Counted from the stretch's first letter, positions 41,033 to 50,911 are shown. The stretch is DNA of 64,000 nt from an uncultured Bifidobacterium sp. (GCA_964387855.1 CAYLYA010000008.1:3404-67403), one strand, 5' to 3'. The notes: generated from the sequence alone by a model not told the origin. Numbers and translations: made by a program.

Positions 41033-44000
41033 TTACTTTTCGTTGGGAACGTGAGGCCTTGGACCCGCGCCGATGTTTCCGTAGCGATGGTTGGTGATCG
41101 AGACACTCTGCTCAAGGAGCCATCGCGGCATCTCCACATCGCCGCGTTGTGCGATCTTTCTTCGATCAACTGAGATTCCCTTGGCCAGGAATTCGAGTGT
41201 GGGAGGGGTTCCAGCGGCGAGCCAACGGACCTTGTCTTTGACGGAAATGCGATTGACCAACTGTGCGATTGTCTCAACCTTCACGTTGGGAGAATTTGGA
41301 AGTACTTTTTCGGCGCTCAATTCGATATTGGACTTTGTCTGCCATGCAACGAAACTGATGTAATCAAAAGATTCCTTGGTGGTTGATTCATCAACTCGAA
41401 CAACGATTCCTCGACGCGATGGGAGGTAGCGTTGATAGTTGCGCTCAACGTGAAGATCAGCATGGTCGATGGCTTTATTGCCGATGGACACCCACCAATG
41501 CGCTGAGGTGTCAATTGCCTTTTCGGATGAATCAAGTGGATCCCACTCGCGAAGGTTGTTCACGTAGTTTGCTCCACCGGCTTTGGATGTGGGGCCGACG
41601 CTGCTTCGCTTCCACCCGCCGAAGGGCTGGCGATTCACGACGGCGCCGGTTGTTCCGCGGTTTACGTAGAGGTTGCCCGCCTCAACTTGCGCAATCCACT
41701 GCTCGCACTCTTTCTCATCAAGTGAGTGCACACCAGCAGTTAGCCCGTAATCCACTGCGTTCTGCCACGCGATCGCCGCGTCGAAATTGGGCGCAACCAT
41801 AATTCCAAGCACGGGTCCGAACCATTCGTTGCGATGACTCCAAGAACCCGGAGCAACTCCCAACTTCACGCCCGGAGACCACAGATGTCCCGTCTCATCA
41901 AGTTGCTTTGGCGCAACCAGCCAACTCTCGCCATCATCCAGTGTCGTGAGGGCACGAAGAAGTGAACCCGTCGGTGAGTGAATAACAGGTCCGACGGTGG
42001 TCGAGTAGTTCCTGCCTGCACCGACGCTGAGGCTTTCTACTGCGTCTTTGAGTTGGTTTAGGAAAGCAGGATTCTTGTAGATGCTCTCTTCGACGATGGC
42101 CAAACTCGCAGCACTGCATTTCTGTCCCGCATGACCGAAGGAAGACTGCACGAGATCTTTCACAGCACTGTCAATGTCTGCCGCAGCTGAGATAAGGATG
42201 GCGTTCTTTCCGCTGGTCTCTGCCATGAGGCGAATCTCTGGCTTCCACGAGGTGAACATCGACGCAGTGTCGAAAGAGCCGGTCAGGATGACGCCATCTA
42301 TTCCGGAATGCGTGACGAGGTGGAGACCGTCGTCATCATCGCGGGTGGGAACGAATTGCAGAACGTGTTGGGGCACTCCCGCATCCCAGAGTTGGCGAAC
42401 GATCTGCCAGGCAGTAGCTACGGTCTCCGGGGCAGGCTTGAGAATTACCGCGTTGCCGGCGGCAAGAGCAGAACACACCCCGCCCATTGGAATCGCGTAA
42501 GGAAAATTCCACGGTGGCACAACCAAAACGACACCAAGTGGTTTGGACCCATCGCACTTCTCATACGAACTGAGTGCGTAGAAACGGGCGAAGTCGATTC
42601 CTTCGCTTACCTCAGGGTCCGCCTCGGCAACCGTCTTGCCAGCATCGCGAGACATGATCGCAATAGTTTCGGCCCTTTCGTTCTCCATGAGGACTGCTGC
42701 TTCACTAAGAATCCTTCCTCGCTGTAGCGGTCCAAGCGCATCCCATTCCTCCACGTGCGCGCGCGCAGTGGAGACCGCGGTGTCGATGTCTTCCTTGCTG
42801 GCAATTGAGTAGGTGTACCACGGTGCACCGTTCTCACTCGGATCCGTGCCTTCCTCAACCTCGGTGCGTGTAAGGAACTCGCCCATGATCTGCAGAGGAA
42901 TTCGGAGTCCAGCGCTTTCGTAGTGGCGAAGGTAGGCCGCTTGAAGTTGCTCGCGAAATTCGGGGTTGGTGGCATCGGCATCGCTCTGGTTTTCGAACTT
43001 CCCATCTTCGAAGGCGTTCTGCGCATCATGCCTTTTGAGATGGTGTCGCCTTGATTCTGTCGAAATCGTATGGCGTTCAGCGATCGAGATAAGGAAGCGA
43101 CCTTGCTGCTCTTTGAACTTGTCGTTGTCGAGAGACATATCGAATGAGGCGCGTAGATAGTTTTCCTCTGACGTGTTCTCATCGAGTCGACGGACAAGGT
43201 AGGCAACGGCAGCTGGGAAATCCTCATGGCGGGTGACCGGTGTGTACAGAAGCACGCGTCCGGTCTTGCCTGCCACCGCAAGGGCTTCGGCGTTCGCCAT
43301 TCCCTCCAGCATTTCGATATCGATCTGATTTTCGATTCCGCGAACTCTGGCCACCTCGATTGCCCAGGCCAAGTGAAATAGGTTGTGGCTGGCGATTCCG
43401 ATTCGCACGGCCTTTGCATGTGCGGGGTTGAGTGCCACGTCGATGAGCCGGGCATAGCTGGCGTCGACGTCGGACTTGCTTTCATACGGTGCAGGAATCC
43501 AGCCGTGGAGTTCGGCCTCAGCCTTCTCCATCGCGAGATTTGCCCCTTTTACCAATCGAATTTTGATCGTCCCGCCGCTGCGCTCGTGGCGCGCCTTCGC
43601 CCATTCGACCAGGCCTGCGAACTCGTTGTGGGATTCGGGCAAGTACGCCTGCAGCACAATGCCTGCGTTCATCGCCTCGAATTCGGGCTCGTCAAGGAGT
43701 TTCTTGAAAACGGCGACAGTGATTTCAAGATCGCGGAACTCCTCCATGTCGAGGTTGATGAATGTGCCGGTCTTGAGCGATTGACGATAGAGAAGACGAA
43801 GGCGATTTGCCACTCGCTCGATGGAACCTACGTGGTCGATCGTGATCAATTGGCTGGCAATGGATGAAATCTTCACCGACGCATAATTGACGCCTGGTCG
43901 TTGGATCATCTCGATGACGGAGTTCAGCCGTTGAGCTGCTTCTGCCTCACCGAGTACTGCTTCACCTAGTACGTTGATGTTGAGTTTCGCTTCGTCACCG

Positions 44001-44431
44001 GTGCGACGTGCGATGTGCCTTGCGAGCGGATTCTTCTCTGCAGGAAGGATGATCCCGTTTGCAGCCATGCGAACTCGTTGGTGGACGACCTTCATAACAA
44101 GCGAGGGGAATACGTAGGAAGCCACACTTGCGGCTTTGATCCCCACGTAGTCGAAGAGACCGAGACCTGAGATGCCTGCGGTCTTGGCACTTCTTCGCAG
44201 AGTCTTGGCCGCGTTGCGCATCGAACTCATACGCATGACCTCGTCGGTGAGCGACATGGTGAGCGCGACAGCCGATGGGTCTTTGAGAAGTCGTGCGAAT
44301 CGTTTTCTATTTGCTTCATCGTGACGCGTTCGCGTTTTATCCGACTGAGTCAGCAGATTTGAAACTAATGAAATGGTGCTATCGCTTAGGTGGTCAATAT
44401 CCTCTTGCGTTGGAAGTGGCGTCGTTGGCAC
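41033..44431 (-). CDS. putA: Bifunctional proline dehydrogenase / L-glutamate-gamma-semialdehyde dehydrogenase
   Basis: 1132 aa. The PRODH barrel region shows IKIRLVKGAN and AYLVRRLDENTS. The ALDH domain shows PWNFP, ETSGKNA and GQKCSAAS. Start codon is GTG. Confidence 0.9.
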   Translation of the reverse strand: MPTTPLPTQEDIDHLSDSTISLVSNLLTQSDKTRTRHDEANRKRFARLLKDPSAVALTMSLTDEVMRMSSMRNAAKTLRRSAKTAGISGLGLFDYVGIKAASVASYVFPSLVMKVVHQRVRMAANGIILPAEKNPLARHIARRTGDEAKLNINVLGEAVLGEAEAAQRLNSVIEMIQRPGVNYASVKISSIASQLITIDHVGSIERVANRLRLLYRQSLKTGTFINLDMEEFRDLEITVAVFKKLLDEPEFEAMNAGIVLQAYLPESHNEFAGLVEWAKARHERSGGTIKIRLVKGANLAMEKAEAELHGWIPAPYESKSDVDASYARLIDVALNPAHAKAVRIGIASHNLFHLAWAIEVARVRGIENQIDIEMLEGMANAEALAVAGKTGRVLLYTPVTRHEDFPAAVAYLVRRLDENTSEENYLRASFDMSLDNDKFKEQQGRFLISIAERHTISTESRRHHLKRHDAQNAFEDGKFENQSDADATNPEFREQLQAAYLRHYESAGLRIPLQIMGEFLTRTEVEEGTDPSENGAPWYTYSIASKEDIDTAVSTARAHVEEWDALGPLQRGRILSEAAVLMENERAETIAIMSRDAGKTVAEADPEVSEGIDFARFYALSSYEKCDGSKPLGVVLVVPPWNFPYAIPMGGVCSALAAGNAVILKPAPETVATAWQIVRQLWDAGVPQHVLQFVPTRDDDDGLHLVTHSGIDGVILTGSFDTASMFTSWKPEIRLMAETSGKNAILISAAADIDSAVKDLVQSSFGHAGQKCSAASLAIVEESIYKNPAFLNQLKDAVESLSVGAGRNYSTTVGPVIHSPTGSLLRALTTLDDGESWLVAPKQLDETGHLWSPGVKLGVAPGSWSHRNEWFGPVLGIMVAPNFDAAIAWQNAVDYGLTAGVHSLDEKECEQWIAQVEAGNLYVNRGTTGAVVNRQPFGGWKRSSVGPTSKAGGANYVNNLREWDPLDSSEKAIDTSAHWWVSIGNKAIDHADLHVERNYQRYLPSRRGIVVRVDESTTKESFDYISFVAWQTKSNIELSAEKVLPNSPNVKVETIAQLVNRISVKDKVRWLAAGTPPTLEFLAKGISVDRRKIAQRGDVEMPRWLLEQSVSITNHRYGNIGAGPRPHVPNEK

Positions 44432-44467
44432 TTTCGTCCTTTCTTACGTGGCAATACTAGGCATTTT

Positions 44468-45142
44468 TCATAGAACTACCGCCAATATCGTCATGATCGA
44501 GATCGTTATTGGAAGCGATTGCATGAGCCCGTGAAGGGTGGCCACGGTTGAGTGAGGTCCGTGCCTTCGCTGGCCGAAGGCTCCAAGCACAGAAATGATG
44601 ACGGGATAGGTGGATAGGGCCCCCGCGACCCTTGGCCCCAGAAAGGATGCGGTGCCCGTCAGCGTGACGATGAGAACAACGGTCACCAATAGCCTTGCGG
44701 GCAGTTCCCAACGCGGTGTATCAGAGGTGCGTGGTTCGACGACGTAGGCAGGCCAGAACCTCCAGGCAATCAACCACGAGACGACAAGCAGCGGCAGAAG
44801 TACAAAGAGGTGGATTTCAAAACTTGTGAGCACTGCACCTGTTGCAAGGCAGGCGATTGTGCCGACTGCAAGGGCTTGTCCCCAGGACAGTTTCAAGGCG
44901 GCGGTTGCGTAAACCCATGAGAAGACGATGAGCGCGACTTGTCCGACGAGAACCCCATGTGCTGCGCGTGCGGCGAAGGATGAACCCTCCTGGATATAGA
45001 TGATGAAGATGAACGGCCCGGTTGTCAGCGGCAATCCTATGAGGCGACCGCCAATGCCATCGCCCCATCGGCGCTGGATATAACTCAGGAGTGCGACGAA
45101 GAAAGGTGCGAGAAAAAGTTTTAAGAGAAAAAGCGAACTCAC
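44468..45142 (-). CDS. Integral membrane protein of unknown function
   Basis: 224 aa with about 6 hydrophobic segments. No motif recognised. Confidence 0.55.
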   Translation of the reverse strand: MSSLFLLKLFLAPFFVALLSYIQRRWGDGIGGRLIGLPLTTGPFIFIIYIQEGSSFAARAAHGVLVGQVALIVFSWVYATAALKLSWGQALAVGTIACLATGAVLTSFEIHLFVLLPLLVVSWLIAWRFWPAYVVEPRTSDTPRWELPARLLVTVVLIVTLTGTASFLGPRVAGALSTYPVIISVLGAFGQRRHGPHSTVATLHGLMQSLPITISIMTILAVVL

Positions 45143-45143
45143 T

Positions 45144-46253
45144 CTATGGCGCCGTAATCAATTTTCTCGAGGTTGTTATTTCATCGATGAAATCCAAATC
45201 AATGTCTACGCCGATTCCAGGACCGCTAGGAACTCGCAGTTGTCCGTTCTCCATGACAAAGGGAGTCGTGATGTCTCGATGGTAGTAACGCGAGGATGCA
45301 CTGGTATCTCCTGGCAAGGTGAATCCTGCAAGGGATGCAAGGGCAATGTTTGCGGCTCGGCCGATTCCTGTTTCGAGCATTCCGCCACACCAGACTGGAA
45401 TGTCGTTTTCGACGCAAAGGTCGTGGATCTTTACGGACTCGAGATAGCCGCCAACGCGCCCCGGTTTGATGTTGATGATCGTTGTTGCCTTCATCGCCAA
45501 CGCATCACGCGCAGATTCGTACGAGGTGATCGATTCATCTAGGCAGATTGGCGTCTCAACTGCCTTTGCAAGCATTGCATGGCCCAGAACATCGTGCTCA
45601 TCCAGCGGTTGCTCGATCAACAGAAGATTGAACGGGTCGAGTCTCTTCAGATGATCAGCATCCTCGCGCGAATACGCCTGGTTTGCATCGACCTGCAATG
45701 GAATATCCGGATAGAGTTCGCGAATCACGCGCACTGGCTCAATGTCCCAGCCGGGCTCTATTTTCAACTTGATTCGACGGTAGCCTTCGTCGACGTACTG
45801 CGAGACCTCCTGAGCAAGTGCATCAATAGAAGCCGTGATTCCCACTGAGACTCCACAGTCGACCATCTCTTTGGACGATCCCAAATATGATCCGAAGGAG
45901 ATGCCTTCGAGTTTGAGTTGCGCATCCAGGATCGCGGTCTCAACGCAGGCCTTGGACATTTGATGACCGAGGAAAGGTTTCAGCAGGTCGGCAATTTCCT
46001 CTGCGCGCACATCGCCCGTTTCAAAAATCTTCGGAAGGAGAAAGCGTTCGATCACATCTTGGGAAGCGAATGTGTATTCAGGGGAGTAGAGCGGTTCAGA
46101 CATTGCAACGCATTCGGCCCAACCAACAGATCCGTCCTGAGTGCTGATTCGCATCAGCAGAAGCTCTCTTTCGTACTGGGTTCCAAAGGAGGTGCGGAAT
46201 GGTCTAACTAATGGCAACTTGATGATGCGAAGTTCTACGTCCTTGATCCGCAT
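45144..46253 (-). CDS. Enolase-superfamily enzyme, o-succinylbenzoate synthase / N-acyl(succinyl)amino-acid racemase subgroup
   Basis: 369 aa. LPLVRPFRTSFG, IKLKIEPGWD, the LQVDAN..Y, IEQPL and CLDES metal-ligand pattern, and KPGRVGG match the OSBS/NSAR subgroup. Confidence 0.85.
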   Translation of the reverse strand: MRIKDVELRIIKLPLVRPFRTSFGTQYERELLLMRISTQDGSVGWAECVAMSEPLYSPEYTFASQDVIERFLLPKIFETGDVRAEEIADLLKPFLGHQMSKACVETAILDAQLKLEGISFGSYLGSSKEMVDCGVSVGITASIDALAQEVSQYVDEGYRRIKLKIEPGWDIEPVRVIRELYPDIPLQVDANQAYSREDADHLKRLDPFNLLLIEQPLDEHDVLGHAMLAKAVETPICLDESITSYESARDALAMKATTIINIKPGRVGGYLESVKIHDLCVENDIPVWCGGMLETGIGRAANIALASLAGFTLPGDTSASSRYYHRDITTPFVMENGQLRVPSGPGIGVDIDLDFIDEITTSRKLITAP

Positions 46254-46267
46254 TTACAGAGCCTCTT

Positions 46268-47134
46268 TCATTTCTTCTTCGTCACGATATATGCGCCGTC
46301 TGATGTGAATCCTTGGATGTACCAACCTGACATGAGACGGGGTTGAAGTTCCTCACGCACTGCCAGTCTCCATTCCCATGCCCTTGCTGGATTATCTGCA
46401 CGCAACTGGATTATGTCTGTTGGGAGATAAACAGTGACTGTTTCTGCACTTTCGGGGACAACGTGCTTGACTGGTTTTTCGTTTGCGTTGGACAACGCCA
46501 CCGGGGTTCCTTCAGGTGACATGTCCAAGTTCAGATTCTTCGCGGCGCCGACCACGCGTTGAGAAAGCAAGTCCCATCGTGCGATGACCCGATCAGTTGG
46601 ATCCCCTGCATTGAGCGCATCGGGAAGGTCGCCGTAAAAGTCGGCGAAATATTCAAAGACCTGCACTCCGAGTTTCACGAGATTCAATCGCGCATTGCGC
46701 CGGACCAGTGGATCGAAAGTCCACGTGATCGTCTCGTACCCGTTCTCAAGCGCCCACGCCCTCTGATGCCACTTCAATGCGCTGCCGATATTGCGATTTC
46801 GGTACTTTTCTTTCACAGCAGCCATATGTGAATGCAGATGAAGGTGCGCTTTCGAATCGATACCCGGGAATGCAAATGCGGCGGCAATGACTTCGGCGTC
46901 AAAGAAGACCCCGCTGACGTATGCGCCGTTGTGCACCATCGCCTGCAATAGATTGGCGGTGATCTGAGTACCTTCATCAGTCGGCCAGACTTCGTCGAAG
47001 ATCGCCCGTGCGTAATCTTGCTCGGTGATGCCTTGAAGGTTGCGGATTGAAACCTGGGCGTCGTCGCTTCGCCGCTTGGCGTCTTTGTGTGCCTGACTTA
47101 TTAACTCTGGAGTAATCGCCTCGGGCGTGATCAT
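46268..47134 (-). CDS. GNAT-like acyltransferase-fold protein, partner of the racemase/OSBS gene
   Basis: 288 aa. MAAVKEKYRNRNIGSALKWHQRAWALENGYETITWTFDPLVRRNARLNLVKLG resembles a GNAT acyl-CoA binding core. It shares a strand with the enolase-superfamily gene, 14 nt upstream of it. Confidence 0.55.
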   Translation of the reverse strand: MITPEAITPELISQAHKDAKRRSDDAQVSIRNLQGITEQDYARAIFDEVWPTDEGTQITANLLQAMVHNGAYVSGVFFDAEVIAAAFAFPGIDSKAHLHLHSHMAAVKEKYRNRNIGSALKWHQRAWALENGYETITWTFDPLVRRNARLNLVKLGVQVFEYFADFYGDLPDALNAGDPTDRVIARWDLLSQRVVGAAKNLNLDMSPEGTPVALSNANEKPVKHVVPESAETVTVYLPTDIIQLRADNPARAWEWRLAVREELQPRLMSGWYIQGFTSDGAYIVTKKK

Positions 47135-47156
47135 GGAGCCAGCCTAGAACAGGCGA

Positions 47157-47426
47157 TCAGTTCGGCATAAGGGGCATACCTAACGAAATGGCCCGCGAGG
47201 AGCCATCTTTTCCGGTAATACATTCATTTGATTGCCAACACCCTCGACAACCCCCGGATCTGCAACCAGATTGAAGGATTTGCAGATTTAATTCTCCAGA
47301 ACGGATCAGTATGTCAATGATGAGATCAACCAGGTCAGAGTCCAAATGCGTGATTGCCACGATTTCGCGTCGCGTGGTGGCTCCTGACTCATATGCGGTG
47401 AGAACTTGATCTCGTGGTGAAGTCAT
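47157..47426 (-). CDS. feoC: FeoC-like winged-helix protein with Cys-rich wing
   Basis: Trimmed to the ATG at 47426, which overlaps the feoB stop (ATGA). GCRSGGCRGCWQSNEC parallels the E. coli FeoC GCLSGSCKSCPEGKAC cluster as I recall it. An N-terminal wHTH-like segment is present. Confidence 0.65.
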   Translation of the reverse strand: MTSPRDQVLTAYESGATTRREIVAITHLDSDLVDLIIDILIRSGELNLQILQSGCRSGGCRGCWQSNECITGKDGSSRAISLGMPLMPN

Positions 47427-49318
47427 GCGATTAGAAGCCTGCCAATTTGGAATACAGCAACTGCTAGGAGCCAGGCGATAAGTAGCTGGAACCCAACTCC
47501 GGCCATAGCCCATTTCGTTCCGAATTCACGGCGTTGCGCCGCTACCGTTGCTACGCAGGGAGTGTAGGCGGTTAGGAAGATTAGGAAAGCAAGAATTGCA
47601 GGGCTGGTATGTCCCGAACTGGATCTTTGGAAGTCTCTCTTGAGTTTCCTTCCAAGATCTGAAATCACCAATTTGCGATTTGGCGAATCAACCGCGTAAT
47701 TCTGTGCCCAGGAGGAGATGACTACTTCTTTTGCAACGAAGCCGGTGACTAGAGCTCCCGCCGTGTGCCAATCATTAAAACCTGCTGGCGCAAAGATAGG
47801 TGCTATGCCTTTCGCAATTGCACCGTAGGCACTGTTTTCCAGGTGCCTGGCTGCAGATTGGCCGTTTCCAGAGACAGGAATGGCCATTAATACCCAAATG
47901 ACAACAACTGTTATCACGACGATTGCACTAACTTCCTTAAGGAACCCTTTTACTCGCAACCAGGCGTCGGTAATGATAAAAGTTGTTGTGGGCAAGCGGT
48001 AGGGAGGCAATTCGATCAAGAGCGGCTCGTGAGGTGCGCCTTTGATGAACGTGAGTCGTAAGAAAAGCGCAAAAAGAATCACCAATGTGATTGAGATGAT
48101 GTACATGGCAAAAACCACGCTGCCTGCATTTGAGCCAAAGAAAATGCCGGTCACAAAAATGTAGACTGCCAGACGCGCAGAACAAGCAGTGAACGGAATT
48201 GTTATTCCTACAATAAGACGATGGCGTGCATCCGGGATTGATCTGGTTGCGCTCACCGCCGGAACGTTGCACCCAAACCCGACAAGCAACGGCAGTAGCG
48301 CTTTTCCAGGAAGTCCCGCGAAGCGCATTAAACGATCCGACACGACAGCCGCACGTGCCATGTACCCAGAATCTTCAAGCAGGCTAAGCAGCAAGAACAT
48401 GATGCTCATAACAGGGAGGAAGGTGAGCAAAGTGCCAAGACCACTGATTACTCCATCGACGATTAATCCTTTGAGCCAAGGGATTGGTGAGAGCACCCTC
48501 TCTATGGGAGGACTGATTACTCCTGAAATGAAGGAAGAAATCCAATGCTGGAATGGCAAAGCGATAGTAGTCGTTGATTGGAACACAACCCAAAGAACGC
48601 CGAGAAGGATCAGGACTCCCAAGATTGGCGCAGTGAGATAACGGTCTACGCGGTCGGAGAGAGTAGGGCGTTCCTCGGTTCGTGTTACGGATGTAACCAG
48701 CAGATCGCTGACAAAACTAATTCTTTGATCTTCATTGAGCGGCTGTCTCGGCCCATGTGAGGCCACGCTAACCGGATCCAATTGGGCGAGAGTCTGGGAG
48801 AGGATACTTTCGAATTCACCAATTTTATTTTTCGCACGCGGCAGAACCTTCACCACTTTCACTTCCAGGCCGTTTGAAAGAGCTTCTGTATCTATCTTGA
48901 TTCCACGCCTGCTGGCAATATCAGTCATTGTCAATGCAACGATTATTGGTGTGTTGAGTTCCTTTAATTGGGAGACCAGGTGTAGACATCTCGCCATATT
49001 TGAGGCGTCAACGATCGCAACAATGAGGTCCACGCTATTGTTCATCAGGATGTCGCAAGCAAGTTTTTCATCTGGAGAGATCGGCGAGAGGCTGGATATC
49101 CCTGGTAGGTCGAGAATGCGAAACTCTTGCTCATTTATGGTCATATCGGCCGAGCCAACTTCAACCGTTGTGGCTGGCCAATTCCCCATTTTGCGGTGAA
49201 TGCCAGAGATTCGCGAGAAGAGCGTGGACTTGCCGACGTTCGGCCGCCCCACAAAAGCAACCACGGGAGTGGTTAGGTTGACGGCCAAATTATTTTGCTG
49301 GCTGCAGGATGAGCACAT
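47423..49318 (-). CDS. feoB: Ferrous iron transporter FeoB
   Basis: An N-terminal G domain (GRPNVGKST, DLPG) is followed by a large polytopic membrane domain. 631 aa. Confidence 0.9.
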   Translation of the reverse strand: MCSSCSQQNNLAVNLTTPVVAFVGRPNVGKSTLFSRISGIHRKMGNWPATTVEVGSADMTINEQEFRILDLPGISSLSPISPDEKLACDILMNNSVDLIVAIVDASNMARCLHLVSQLKELNTPIIVALTMTDIASRRGIKIDTEALSNGLEVKVVKVLPRAKNKIGEFESILSQTLAQLDPVSVASHGPRQPLNEDQRISFVSDLLVTSVTRTEERPTLSDRVDRYLTAPILGVLILLGVLWVVFQSTTTIALPFQHWISSFISGVISPPIERVLSPIPWLKGLIVDGVISGLGTLLTFLPVMSIMFLLLSLLEDSGYMARAAVVSDRLMRFAGLPGKALLPLLVGFGCNVPAVSATRSIPDARHRLIVGITIPFTACSARLAVYIFVTGIFFGSNAGSVVFAMYIISITLVILFALFLRLTFIKGAPHEPLLIELPPYRLPTTTFIITDAWLRVKGFLKEVSAIVVITVVVIWVLMAIPVSGNGQSAARHLENSAYGAIAKGIAPIFAPAGFNDWHTAGALVTGFVAKEVVISSWAQNYAVDSPNRKLVISDLGRKLKRDFQRSSSGHTSPAILAFLIFLTAYTPCVATVAAQRREFGTKWAMAGVGFQLLIAWLLAVAVFQIGRLLIA

Positions 49319-49341
49319 TTTTTATCGTCGCTTCTCTGTAC

Positions 49342-49560
49342 TCATCTATAGGTGCAGTCAATTTTTTGTGCCAATTCGAGACTCAGAACCAGACGAGTGT
49401 CGTCGACTTTGATCAAAAATCCGCCAGATGAAGCTCGGCTGAGCACTTCGATGGTCGCGCCAGGTCGTATTCCAACCAAGTGGAGTCGATTTAGGTTCTT
49501 CTGCTCGCCAAGCTCGCCAACGACAGCCACCTTGTTGTACTCCAGACCCGGAAGTCTCAT
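49342..49560 (-). CDS. feoA: FeoA-family protein
   Basis: Trimmed to the ATG at 49560. RLHLVGIRPGATIEVL....GFLIKVDDTRLVLSLELAQKI matches the FeoA SH3-like domain pattern. Confidence 0.7.
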   Translation of the reverse strand: MRLPGLEYNKVAVVGELGEQKNLNRLHLVGIRPGATIEVLSRASSGGFLIKVDDTRLVLSLELAQKIDCTYR

Positions 49561-49652
49561 GATGGCACCGTATCGGAGAAAGCGATTTAAGCAATGAAAG
49601 TGTTGCGTAAATAACATCTGCCAGCGTCGATCAACCACTTAGGCTTCTGAGC

Positions 49653-50603
49653 ATGAAGGCAATCCAAGTAAATACATTCGGTGGACCCGAGATGATGGAG
49701 TACGTGGATCTTCCAGATCCAACCCCGAACCCCAATGAGGAACTCCTCACCGTTACCTCCATTGGCATTAACTACGCCGATACCCATCAGACAGAGAACG
49801 GCTACCTCTCGCCCCAAACCCTTCCTCTCATTCCTGGCCTTGAAGTTGTGGGGCATACAAATTCAGGTCGCCGGGTTCTCGCCTCCGTTGCCCATGGTGG
49901 ATATGCGCAGAAAGCCGTTGCCAGTAAGGCGCGACTGATCGACATCCCAGACGGAATCACCGACGCGCAGGCTCTGTGCATGTTGGTGCAGGGCTCAACT
50001 GCGTGGCACATTCTGAAGACTCTTGGTCACCTGCGTCCAGGCGAAAGCGTCGTGATCCACGCAGCCGCAGGCGGAGTTGGCACTATGGCGATTCAACTTG
50101 CGAAGTTATGGGGCGCAAAGGTCATCGCCGTCACTTCATCAGGCAATAAATCTGAACTCGCGAAGTCATTAGGAGCCGACGTAGTTGTCGACGCCGATTC
50201 TTCGGATCTGGCAGCGGCAATGCTCGAAGCCAATGGTGGCAAGGAAATTGATCTCGTCCTAGAAATGGTCGGTGGGAGAACCTTCGACGCCAGCCTCGAA
50301 GTTCTAGCACCGTTTGGACGAGTCATCACCTATGGAATTGCATCCCGCAAAGCGCCACGACCAGTTCATCCCGGAGCGCTGATGAGCGGCACCAAGACAG
50401 TCTCCGGTTTCTGGCTGAGGCACTGCTTTGACAAGAAGGAACTCTTTCAGGACGTGATCGCCGAGTTGTTCGCCCTGGTTCTCTCGGGTGAGCTCACCCC
50501 TGTCATAGGGGCGACTTATCCGCTTTCGCATGCCGTGCAGGCTCATCAGGACATGCTGGCCCGTAAGACCTCCGGCAAGGTGACGTTGGATCCGTCGAAA
50601 TAA
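49653..50603 (+). CDS. NADPH:quinone oxidoreductase (zeta-crystallin-like MDR)
   Basis: INYADT, IHAAAGGVGTMAIQLAK and a C-terminal KTSGKVTL. It is the third MDR paralog in the window. Confidence 0.85.
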   Translation: MKAIQVNTFGGPEMMEYVDLPDPTPNPNEELLTVTSIGINYADTHQTENGYLSPQTLPLIPGLEVVGHTNSGRRVLASVAHGGYAQKAVASKARLIDIPDGITDAQALCMLVQGSTAWHILKTLGHLRPGESVVIHAAAGGVGTMAIQLAKLWGAKVIAVTSSGNKSELAKSLGADVVVDADSSDLAAAMLEANGGKEIDLVLEMVGGRTFDASLEVLAPFGRVITYGIASRKAPRPVHPGALMSGTKTVSGFWLRHCFDKKELFQDVIAELFALVLSGELTPVIGATYPLSHAVQAHQDMLARKTSGKVTLDPSK

Positions 50604-50679
50604 GATGGGCAACAAGAGGGAAAACGGAGGTGATTTTTCGAATACAGGCGTGAACCTGTACGCTTCACAAGCATTGTGC

Positions 50680-50752
50680 GCCCCCCTAGCTCAGTCGGTA
50701 GAGCGTTTCCATGGTAAGGAAAAGGTCAACGGTTCGATTCCGTTGGGGGGCT
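50680..50752 (+). tRNA. tRNA-Thr (anticodon GGT)
   Basis: Hand fold: acceptor GCCCCCC/GGGGGGC, D arm GCTC-AGTCGGTA-GAGC, anticodon stem TTTCC/GGAAA with loop ATGGTAA, T arm AACGG-TTCGATT-CCGTT. Confidence 0.9.
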
Positions 50753-50753
50753 C

Positions 50754-50827
50754 GGCGGGGTAGCTCAGCTTGGTAGAGCAAGCGGCTCATAATCGCTGTG
50801 TCGCCGGTTCAAATCCGGCCTCCGCTA
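50754..50827 (+). tRNA. tRNA-Met (anticodon CAT; elongator Met versus Ile-lysidine not distinguishable by eye)
   Basis: Starts 1 nt after tRNA-Thr. D arm GCTC-AGCTTGGTA-GAGC, anticodon loop CTCATAA, T arm GCCGG-TTCAAAT-CCGGC. The anticodon stem lacks the 3 G-C pairs of initiator tRNA. Confidence 0.85.
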
Positions 50828-50911
50828 CGAGCAAAACGTTCACAGACATCGCAAAGGGTGTTTGTGGGCTGCCAGATTTCCAATTACTACATTTTCGGAG
50901 AGCGGGAATGC

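Noticed and set aside
49561-49652. An iron-regulator (IdeR/DtxR or Fur) box upstream of feoA
   Set aside because: The best candidate, TTAGGCTTCTGAGCATGAA, matches the IdeR consensus TTAGGTTAGGCTAACCTAA mainly in the first five positions. No Fur-like AT-rich palindrome is present.
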